Assembly (NCBI GenBank): GCA_013265495.1
Contig: MU058292.1
Location: forward strand, 1 to 64,000
Length of the DNA stretch: 64,000 bases
Direction of reading: 5' to 3'
From: Vicugna vicugna
Taxonomy: Eukaryota
The translations under genes were made by a program, and so were the position numbers. The number at the start of each line of letters is the position of its first letter. The first letter of the stretch is position 1. This document shows, piece by piece, positions 39,501 to 51,500 of the stretch. The notes beneath the pieces are model-generated. The model saw only the letters and a program-made list of their open reading frames with translations, was not told the DNA's origin and did no database searches.

Positions 39501-42500
39501 TATTTAAGTTATGCACGATGAAGAAACACATTACTACTGCCAGCTGAAACGTGTTCATAGTTGTCTAATCTATGCTTCTGTGGTTCTTTGACATCATATA
39601 TAACAAATGTAACAATAACTAAAGTATAAGCTAAAATTTTGCAAATAAAAAAGAAATATACAAATCAACACACCAGAACAAAAAGACGGCAATATATACA
39701 AACACACACACACACACACACAGTTTAACAAGAATTTTAAGGCAACAGAAATCAGGAAGAGGACTGTTCAGAAAACGATGCTGATTCCACCATGACAGGA
39801 GGTGGGGTGAGTCAGTTTCTCTCTGTATCATGTAAAAAGTCACTTATAATTATAAATACATTTCAGAGGTTTTTAGTGACAAAATAAATGGAAGAAAATA
39901 TACCTCAATTATATTATGTTTCAGAGTGGGAGGAGATAATCTAAGCTGCACTGTAATGGGACAAACCCACCTGAGAAAAGTCTGATACACGTCACTCCCC
40001 AAAAGCCAGAAACCTCAGTGTGTGACAATAAGACAAACTCCAAAATGAAAAGACAATCAACTTACTGAAAATAAACACGCATAACTCACATGTCCCCCAG
40101 TTACAGTTTTAATACAAAAATAGTTCCAACAAATTAAAATAAAAATCATAAAAGAGAAAAACTTCAAGATAAGAAGAAGATAAAGGAGTAAAAATCTCCT
40201 CACAGCTACTGTCCCTGTGATTCCAGGCTCCACGTAGCCCCAACATCAAGACCCCAGGGGCCCCTCTGACCTTGTCTAGTAGGAGATGGAGCCCACGTGG
40301 AGGGGACGGGAGGACAAGACAGAGGCCAGGCTCCTTTCTCTCTCCCTACCCCATCTCAGACTTTACCTTCGACTGAAAACCCTTAAATAGAAGACTAGAA
40401 AAGCCCAGAAAAGAGTGCTGACAGCACAGCGCAGCCCAAGGAGGCCACAGGGAGCCCGGAGCAGCTGCGGCAACACCGCATGACAATCACCTCCCAGGCG
40501 TGGCCGCTCTTCACCCAGCCAGTCAGTTCTGCCTTGAGGCTCTCTTCATATTTCCTAGTGTCCATCTTTGTGATGACTATTTTATTCTTAAAATGAATGA
40601 ATTCCTCTGGACACAACTCCTTGAAAAGAAATGCCACCAAATTAATACAATCACGTAAGAAAATCCACAGATGTTTCTCAACTATGTGTGTCATTAACAG
40701 AAGGACAAGCCTCTTGAGGGGACATGGTAAACTTCATTCTATTTTCCCATCACTTCTGGTGCATAAACCTAACAGGATGGAAAAACCAGACAGGAGTGAA
40801 AGCACAGGGCAGTCACGGCAGAGAGAGGCCAGGAATGAGACCCAGGATGGGCGGAGGAGGAGGCTGAAGGGCTGCCCCGTCCCAAGAAGTAAACAGGAAA
40901 TGTTTTCAGGAATACAGGAGCATTCCACCTCATGGCAGTAAAGCACAGAATATTAGGAGGAAGGATGTTAGAGAAGGGGAAATCTTATTTTGGAAAGAAT
41001 TCACCAGTAATTTTAAAAGCTCAGAAAGAGTGAGAGCTTGTCTCTCTGAACAGCAAAGTTACCACCCACTATGACAGGTTCAGAATAATTGAGTAGTGAC
41101 TATTTACCTGAGCCCTGGGCCAGCCTTCCCAGAACTGAGACATAGTGTCATAAAGCTGGATCATTTCTCGAGGTGACAGGCTAAGATCAGAAGGGAATCC
41201 ATACTTTTCAATCTACGTTTAAAATAAAATGGAAAAGTTTAACATTCCTTCTATTTTACCTTATGTTCTATCCTTTGCCTCACACTCTCATGGACCCGAA
41301 GACACTGAAAACAGCCCTCAAGTAACATGCTTAGTAAATTTCCTTAAGTCCTAAGATCACTTGAGGTCAAGTTCAAGGCTCAGGATCTCACATGACCTTC
41401 AAGACACTCCAGGAAACCTCTCCCCAGGTCACTGAATTGGTTCTGCTTTAAGCCTTCTGGATATCCACATCGTTCATTTTCCCACAAGTATTTTAAAATA
41501 CAAAGTAAATATTCTTGTCCTCAAAAAGCTTGTGTTGCAGTAGATTCTACCGGTTTCAACCACTCTTATTGTGAATCATCTGCCTGTGAAACCACAATCC
41601 CCAAGATGTGGGCAGGAATTCTTCAAAAGAAAAGACAGAGTGTTCTATTAAACAGGTTTCCTCAAGGTTTTACATCAGAAATGTTAAGTCTCAAAGAATG
41701 GGCTACAGTACACAGATTTCTCACAAATTATCTGACAATAGAGCACATTTCTTAGTTAACAGCTATTCAGTTATGAAACTCAGGTTTGTAAATTCTGGGC
41801 TAAACAAGTCACTCCAATCACAATACAGTTGAAAAAACTCGGCAGGATGGAAAGGGTGTTTCAGCTTGAATGAGAGGATTGAGTTCTAATTCTACCTCTA
41901 AATGCTAGTTCCTCCTCCACAATATAGGGTTAAAATAAAAACCTACAATATAGGTTACTGACTGTGGTAAAAGCAAACAAGATATATATATCAGTGTATG
42001 TTTTTTTAAACTTTAAAAACTAGGAGATAAGTAAGATCCAAAGAGTGAATGCAGTGATGACAGACACAGACAACAAGGCTTGTATTACAGACACCAAATA
42101 CATGAAGAGGAGGAACTTAATCTTCCCCCACAAAATCGGAATGACGACTTCATAGGTGTTCACTAAGCCACAGTGGCAGTCATACTGCAAAATAAATGTA
42201 CACAGTCAACATGCTGAACCCCTTAAACCCACACACCATCTTATGTCAAACATATTTTAATTAAAATAATCAATCAGGCTTTGAATGAGGCTTGTAAGAA
42301 TCTATAGTGGGCAGGTGCCCACCTGGAATCATGGTTTAGCATCATAGTCTGAGCATCAAACCAGCTGGACAGGAAAAAAAAAACATTTTGCCAAATAGCA
42401 CGTGACTATATTATTTTAGAATAGCAGCATTTTGTTCTCTTATTAATACTGCTTGAAAGTGGTAACTTATTTTGTCTGAATAAAATAAGTCCAGGAACTA

Positions 42501-45500
42501 TCATAATTTTTAAGATGTCAATCTTCTTTTTGGTCACTAGAATGTTTATGATTTCCTAAAGCCCTTGGCCTCTTACAAAAGCCTCAGTGCCCTTGTTTCC
42601 ACAATGAAGGGCACTTTAGCTGAGCTGTACATCTGCTGTAGGAATTAAGACGGACAACGCGTGTAGCAGGTCTGGTAAATTACCAGGGACACGGGCGATG
42701 CCTAAACTGTCAGCGTGATGGATTAATGATAAACTGACAGGTCTTAATTTTTTAAATCAATTTAACAATTCTAAGGCTAAAAGCTGGGAAATCAGCTCCA
42801 TTGTTCTTCACTATAAGATAACTAATGAGCTGGAAAAACTGAAACAGACTAGGTGAAAAAGGAAGAGAAATAAAAGCCCACAGACTGGCACCAGCCTTCC
42901 CTTATGAGCACAACAGCACTGTCCCACGATCATGGTGCCCCTAGCTCCATAGTGATGGGGGCACTGATCCAGGTGCAGCAGGAAGAGGCCGGTGGCAGCT
43001 CCCCAACACCTGCTGGGACTGACAACCCTCACCCCTGGCAGTGCTGTGCAGTGGGATAACGGGAGCAAAGGCCAGACTCAGCCCTTCATCAGAGACAGCC
43101 TCTGTGGAGGAAGATACCCCCCCTCAGCCGGGTTAAGGCCAGCTCACTCCTCCTCCCCTCTTCCCGAAAACTTCTCTGGGAAGGGGCCAGAGAGTAGACA
43201 CCCAGGCAGATGGCTCTTCTCTCCCTACTGTCAACATTCCTCAGGCTTTTTCTGGCCACCCAGCTCTTCCCTGTCACTCTGCAGGCCACGGTGCAAGCTT
43301 AGGAAGCGTCTCCTCATCCAGAAAGGCCTCCTTGCTTCTTACCACTACTGCTTCCTATGGAAACACACTGCACACACAACTGTCAAAAGCCAGATGTAAA
43401 AACAGCCAAGCTTTTGTGTTCATCCTGCATGCCTGTTGGAAAAGTCCGGAGTCTTAAGGAGATTCGAACAGTAAGGTGACCTTTGCAGAGGTTGCATGGG
43501 GTCAGAGCATGAGGGGGCACCTGTACTGCTCCCATGACACCTATGACTCCAGTCATAGCTCCCATTTGCATAGCGGAGGCTCATGGACCAAAACACCAGC
43601 CTTGCCAAGTACTCCCAACATCTGTGCTCACTGTGACTGAAAGACAACCTTCACTGAGCCATCCACACAGAATAAGTAACTGGGAAGATAATACATTGCT
43701 TAAAAATGCCAGGCGATGATGGGGAAAGAAGAGAGAACGAGAAAAGGGGAGAGGGACAGAGGAAGGAGTCTTTCATTATTTATGTTTGTGTTATCATTGA
43801 TACTCTAGTTTGGGGGTGTGACTTAGGTCACAGGAATCTCATCCATAGTTTAGTTTTATTTAGAGCTGAGATTGAGCCATTGCCACAGAAAAAAGAAGCT
43901 TCCAATGATAAAATTCTGTTGGAAAATTATCATCACTGGAATTTGTTCAATTGCTTCTCGAAGCTCGTGTGTCTCAGCCCAGATGCTCTAGAGCGATTCT
44001 CATCCAGTCCCTCCTCCAGGTGTTCCGAACTCAGGGATGAGAGGGTGGGCTCTAACTCAGCCCCTTGGAGGCCACTACCCAGCCCTGCCACATCCTCCAT
44101 CACAGGACAGGGAGTCAGTGGGCTTCCCTCTGCCCCACCTCCTCACCTGCCAAATGAGAGTGTTAACAAGGCATCCAACCCAAATTATTGTGCCAGATAA
44201 GAGAGACCAGATATGTAAAACTCGTGGAACACAACATAAGTGCTTCATTTGGGTTGTTTGTAACTTATCTGACATACATTTTTATTTTATATGCATAGCA
44301 GTTAGTCTCAAACTATAAGGAAACAAAACCTGTCTTCCAGGCATTATTACTCTTGTAAGAGGACAAGCATGCACAGAACTTGCAGCAAGCTGGCCATGGC
44401 TGCGTCATGAGAGAAATACAGACCAGGTGCTGTGGAGAGGAGGTGCCATCAGGTGAGGAAGTCATACAGGAGTCTGATGAGGCTTCCCATGGGACAAGTC
44501 ATAAAAGATGAACAGGGTCTGGACAACTGGCACTTTGCATCTGTGGTGAAATACTCCAGTTTATGTAAAAGTCATGAGGGACTCCAGGTGAGATCCACCA
44601 CGGGGAGGAACAGGAAGGAACAGGGACAGGTCAGAGAGGACCTGGGGAGCCAAGCTGAGGAGCCAAACATGCCTTTGGCTGTTCCCAAAGGAAAGTCATC
44701 ACAGGCATGGCAGGGTCAGGACCATCCTGTTTCTCTAAATTAGCTTTCTGATTCAGATGCGTTATTTAGGCAGAACCTGGAACTCCCTGTGACAGCAAAC
44801 ACTTTAAATAAAGAAACTTGCATATACCTTAAAAACTGTCAGATTAGAAGGCTTAATCTGACAACAGAATTTAGAATATATTTAAGTTGCCAGGTCTTGG
44901 AAGGAAGGCCAACTGTTGCCTAATTATCACTGAGGCAACCAGAGCTTGAATGAGCTATTCCTGAGAAAAGAATGAAAAAGGGGAAAATATGCAAGAAAAA
45001 TCAAGAAACCTTCCCCCACTCTAACCCCAGTGCCCCCAAGGAGGTCCCCGTCAAACCTCCACTTTACTGACTCACTCCCGACAAGCCTGCCATGACTGTT
45101 CCGTGACCTAATCCACAGCGGTCAGACTCTCACGTGTCCTCAGTACTGTCCACACGTGGTCATGGCTACACTGAGAAGAGTCTCAGGGAAGCAGACAGAT
45201 GGACACAGGGGCTGAGAAGAAGGAAAATGGGCAAAGATAACATCCAAGAATCAAGAAAATCAATCCAGAAAACTTCAGGTTAAAATGTTCAGTCATTCTG
45301 AAGCTCTGGGGATCCAGACACCCAAGAAGCACCAGTGCAGCTATGAAGTTGTTCCTGTTACTTTTAAAACTAAGGTGACATAACTCATACCATGTCTATT
45401 ATGTAATTCTGCTAAGTGTCAACCAGGCAGCTTTTCAACAGGACACAAATAATTTACACCTTTCAGAACAAGCTTGGCGGGAGCCTCACTCACGTGGTCC

Positions 45501-48500
45501 GTGGTCAGCGCAGCACATGGGTGAAAATGGTCGAACTGAATCCCACCATCTCTCATCGAACATACGTGCTTCTCCAAATCATTGTACCTCTCCCCGTAGA
45601 GCACTGGGAAGGAGAGCAAGGGTTCCAGTGGGTGGACATACAAGGGCTGGGAGAACTTCAAAGGAAAAGGTAAAACTCCTAAGAATGTGCCAAACCTACC
45701 AAGTCTCACTTTGTAAGACTGCTTCGGTAGTGCGTAGTCTCTGTGCACACCGGTGCGGGTAACAGCGCTTCTCCGAGAGGCAGCGTTCTTTGCCATCATA
45801 CTGTCTGCTTGTTTCCAGTACCGTTTTACTGATTGAAGCCACCTCAAAAATTAAGATTGCATTATTTCAGCAGAACATGGAACTATTTCCTGTGACATCA
45901 AATATTTTAAACAAAGAAAATCATGTGTCTTAAAGTCTGTACTGAAGGGAACAGGCCCTAGAGCTAGGCTGCCTCAAATCAAATCTCGGCCTCCTCACAT
46001 GGCTGGGGCTCTTGGATGAATCACGTAATCTCTCTGTGCCTCATTTTCCACATTTTAAAATGTAAATAATAGTAGCATTAGAAACCCTATCTAAGAGTAG
46101 TAATGAAAACTGTCAATCGTAAGTGCTGTTGGCCATTTAAAATAAATTGATGTACACAAAGCACTTAGAACAGTACCTGATAAAGAAGAGTCTTTCCTGT
46201 AACTGTGACTGTTAGTGGGCAAAAATCCAGCCCAATGAAAAAAATGATGTGGGGCTTCCAACTAATTAGGCTTCATTGCCTTTCTGAACATCTCCAACGT
46301 GGGACAGTATAAGAAGCCTCAAGGTCCACAGCAGAGTGTGACACTTTACACCATTTTAAAGGTAAAGGACAAAGAAAAAGACACAAATCAATCAGTTCTG
46401 GCCAACCTTTTATGAGAAATGGGGGTAATTCCTGCTCAGTTGCAGACCTGACTGGGGGCGTCCTTGGTTTCCCTTCAAGAGTGTGTCCCTGTTCAACACC
46501 AGCAAGGTGGCCCAGAGACTCTGATCCCTGAACCCAGAGATAAGCTAATAAATCCACCAGGAAGTTATGAAACTCTCCAGAACCCAAACAGAGAGCGTGA
46601 ATTCCAAACATTCAAACTAGATCAGCCTTCTCTCCAGACTGGAAGCCAATGCCTACTCAGTGAGATGCTGGGGGTTGCTTATGGTGGCTGATAGAGCCAG
46701 GAAGGGACAGCGGATCATGACCAGAAGATGCTCCCAGACTTCTGCTCCGATTTCTCCACCAAGACAGTGGACCTGTAAAAGACAAAGATCTCCATTAAAA
46801 ATGGACAGAAGGTCTGAATAGACTTTTTTTCCAAAGAAGACATACAGACGGTCAACAGGCACATGGAAAGATGCTCACTATCACTCGCCATTGAGAAATG
46901 CACATCAGGACCACAGTGAGGTACCACTCACACCTGTAAGAACAGCCATCATAAAGAAGACCACAAATAACAAATGGTGGCGAGGATGTGGAGAGAAGGG
47001 AACCCACAATCCCTGTTGGTGGGAATGCAAATCAGTGCAGCCACAGTGGAAAACAGTATGGAGGGTCCTCAAACAATTAAAATGAGAACTACCACATAAC
47101 CCCTAAGTCCCACTCCTGGGTGTTTATCCACAGAACATGAAAAGATACCTGCACCCCCATGCTTCCTGCCACATTATGTACAACAGCCATAAATGAAGCA
47201 ACCTGAGTGTCCACTGATGGGGGAGGGGTGTGTATATACAGAATGTAATGTTATTCCTCAAAAAAAGCCACAGAAAAGAATGAAACCTTTTTATTTGCGA
47301 CAAAACGAATGGATCTTGAGGGTATTACGCTACATGAGATAAATCATAGAAAGACAAAAAATGATCTCACTTATGTGTGAACCTAAACAGAAACAAGCTC
47401 AAAGATACAGAGAACAGATAAGTAGTTGCAAAAGGTGGAGGTGGGGTGGGAGAAATGGGTGAACTGTTTTTGTTGGTTTGTTTTAGTTTAAAGTTTAAGT
47501 TAATTTAAAAATACCAGATGACAATAAGACACAGAAGCCTGGAAGGTCACACATAGTTTCCTATTACCTCTAATCCATCAGTCCAACTTTACATAAATAT
47601 TGGCAAATTCTGGCAATAGAAAATCTTGACACAAGTTTTCTTTAACCTCCATCAATAATTCCTTCTGGTCTTTCTTTCAAAAGTGTCTTTCAAATCTCTG
47701 CATTTACTCCAAGTCTGCTGCCCACCACGCCAGCATCATACCACAGCTGCACCACCTCAGTACCCTCCCCACTCCCTGCCACCCCTGCATCCTTCACCTA
47801 ACCAGATGAGTCTCAAGGATGGACTAGATCAGGCCATGTTCCCAGTCAAATGTCTCCACCACCCTCCCACTGCACGTGGGACAAAATATAGACCCCTGAA
47901 CCGGGCGATGCTGTCGGGGCAGCTCCCGGCCCCACCTGCCTCACCACTCCCCAGACACACCAGACTAGACTGTGCTCCTGGAGCACAACTTTCTACCCAG
48001 AATGCCCATGTCTATTGCTCCCTTGGATTAAAATGTTCTTGCCCCCTTTTCTCTTCCACTTGTAGAGCTGGGCTCAACATCACTGCCCTAGAAGACGTCT
48101 CTGACCCCTGCAGAGCGATCCTCATGCTGCTCTGCCATTGTCACTGTCAAGACCAGCTACCCCTTCTCCCCAGGATGCACCTACGAGGGCTGTACAGTCC
48201 CATGTATGCTTAATGGTCCATCTCCCTCCCCCAAGACTCTGACTCAACCCTGGGCCCCCCAGCACCCACCGTGCCTGGCACTGCAGACACACTCCTTTAA
48301 TGCCAGCTGACGAATCAATGTCCTCGGACCAAATAAAGCAAAATGAACCAGGTTTAGGGAAAATTCTCACATGATCTTCTTTACACAGATCAAGTTATGT
48401 CGCCTGGCAGTCAACTGATAAGGACTTCTCATCAGAGCCAGATCATTTAAAAAAGCATCCTGCTGCCCATCTGGCTTTGCCTGAATCAGAAAACATGCCC

Positions 48501-51500
48501 CTCCACTGAGCAGTGACCTTATGCTTCACACAGGTGACACTTTTCCCCAACTGCCAGAACAGACATGAGCCTTCAAAGCCCATCAGCTCTGCCCTGACCT
48601 AAAACTGGGGAAGCAGGTACCCAGCGTCACATCATTTCAGAGTTGAGATAAGAAACGCAAGGAATTAGATCGCAAAGACAAAGTTGTTGGGTTTTTTTTT
48701 TTTGAATATGAACATTTGAGGCTTCAAGATGCAGTTTACACAGACCGAGCAAAAATAAACACAATAAATCAGACTCAAACCAAAGAAAGGCATCACTGTG
48801 CTTGGTCACTCTGAGTTTACAGCATGAGAAAAGCTAAGTTAGACATAGGCTTATCACCGTTCTCCACTTGAAACTGAAAATTCCTTGAAGCAAAAGGATC
48901 ACTTTACAACGTTTAAAGTCTCTGAATAAATATTCTTAATGCTGCTGTAGAAGTTTTCTAAATACCCTTCATTTGCCCTATTGTACGTCCATTATTTTCC
49001 ATCCTGCCCTTTCTGCCCAGGGAAGCTGACGCACAGAGGCTCCTTCAAAGGACTCCTCTGCCCTCTGGTTCCATCGGATTTGGCCAAAGGCGACTTTGGC
49101 AGGAGACCAGAAGAGAGGAAGGGTCTTTGGGCCATGCTGTCCTCCTAACACGCTACCATGAGCCTGGCAGGACCCGGGCTCAGACCGCCGCCCTCACCAA
49201 GCGACCAGCGCAGCCCCAGTCTCCTGGCAGGACTCCATGGTCACCCCTCTGCTTGTCCTTCTAAGTCCCAGGCAGAGCTGCTCTCTCTGGATGACAGCGT
49301 CCCCTGCACACCTGGGGAAAAGGCTGTTCTCAAGTCGCTCTATTTTGAGTGTCATTTGTTTTCTGCCAGGACCAAGACTGATGAAATAACTCACATAACT
49401 GACATCACTGTCAGAGCCCCAGATCTTTGCTGCAGGGGTCCAAGATTGGATTTTGAAATCTCTGTCCGGGAAAATCTATGCCCTGGTGGCTAATACTGCT
49501 CCAAGTCACCAAAGACAGGGGTCTGCAGACCCAGACGCCCCTCCCTGAACCCGAAGAGGAAAACGGACCCAAAAGGCTGAATGTGACTCACCCGGGAAGC
49601 CGGGGACCCCCAACGCCAACTCCCACCAATGACAAACACCCTAAGGTGGCCAAACGAGGAACTCAACCTAGAGAAATCATACCCCACCCACCTCATCAAA
49701 TATCACGTATCTGATCCTCTTCACCCACGCCTGGCGATGAGGAGCCAGCAGCAGGATTTCAAAGCAGGCAGGCACAGTGACAAGTACCTGAAATAAACCA
49801 TGTGCAGACAGATGTGGTGAGCTCTCAGGGCTGGAAGACGTGGTTCCAAGAACACAAAAGTGCTGTAGCTCCTGAAGGCACCTGCTGCTTCTGAGAATGT
49901 TGCAGGAAAGCTGTGACAGATTACTTTAAGCCCTGTGAAACTGCCGTTTTTATAGGTCAAATGGCTTACGCAGCTTGAATTCTTATTAACGAGCATTCAA
50001 GGTGATAACAGTAAGAGTTCATTGTCGCAGGCTTATTTCCTCAAAATCTGACCCTGAGGTACAGTTTAAATTGAAAAATGTTTATTGAAGACTAGCAACT
50101 ATGGCAGCTGGGAGAGGGCCAAGCAGAGGGAGGAGATGAGCTGCAGGACACACCTGGTGATGCTCTGGCCCCCAGCTCAGATCCTGGCATAAACAGTGGT
50201 TGCCAGGGACACTCCACTTTCAGCCAAGACAGCTGGTGTTTACCCCCTGCCCTGCTCAGCCCCAGGTGCAGGCTGTGGAGGTAGGACTTGGGGGACTGAC
50301 ACCAATACCACGCTCCCTACCCTCGGCAGCACAGCCCAGTCCCCCACGCAGCATTCCGTGGTCACAGTTTCCCTTTGTGTTTGGTCTCAACTGCTTGTCC
50401 ATGAGTTCAATGAGGAGGACCACTATCTGAGGCCTATTTCACGCCCCGCCGTCTATCCACGACACAGTGTTTCTGAAATTACCATAAGTATCCTACTTAT
50501 CAAGGCAGGTCAAGAAACAGCTATGCTTGGAAAGCAGTGTTTATTAATTTGTATAACACTGGGTTTTTCAGACCATTCTCAATCTACTTATAAGCCAAGA
50601 TGATGCCAATGAACTATAACTGAAATCTACAATCAAAATATAAGTGTCCCTGAGAAAGATGAGCTGTTTCTCACTCTCTGGAATGAAACAATGTTAAATT
50701 TTCTCTGAAGCTGTGACATCTTTTGTAAATTCAAGAAAATTATTTCTACAGGCTTGCCAAGATACTGAATTTCTAGTGAGAGAGACTTCTAAGTACCATC
50801 ATATAATTTGGTAACAGATACACTAATTAATACACATCCTACCTGAGAGTTGAGGGCGTCGTGTCGATAGTCCCTTGTGAACACCCCACACAGAGCTTCT
50901 CCACTGGGCAGATTTTTGTTAAAACGGTTCTGAACCGTGGCTGCCACTTGGTTCACAAGGGCCTGATTGACAAGGAAAGCCTTCCATTAATCACATAATA
51001 AAGTCTGGGTGAAACCTCAGAGAACCACAGGGATTGTCTACAAACAAGCACTGCAGGGAACACAGGGAGGTCCACACACCTCACAGCCTCTGCTCTGCAT
51101 CCACTAACACACACGCCGCCTTCCTGCTGCTCGACTCACCTGGGAACCTCACTGATGAGTCTCAACCCAAAGAAAATGGGAAAAAACAGCTTCATCAGAG
51201 GGAGAAATGGGAAAAGAAGCCCACATATCAGACAAAGACAGCACAGAGAGAAGCAGTGAGTCTACTGGAGAGGGATGGCAGAGGGAGGGGGCAGCCGGGG
51301 TGTCCTGTGGTCCTCATACCTTGGGGATGTCTCCCCGGACATCTACATTGCAAGGAGCAGAACACTGACCAGGCAGGCAGCCTGACCAGTAGAATCAGAG
51401 AGTGTGCATATCCACAAACATTTCACACTTCATATCAAAAAATAAATTTCACTGTGACTAAAGTGTAAACTTTAAGACATAAGCATGAAGATACTAGAAA

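Noticed and set aside
47683..48213. 176-aa Pro-rich ORF
   Set aside because: Intronic, antisense to DDX60, in C-rich DNA resembling decayed L2; no recognisable domain
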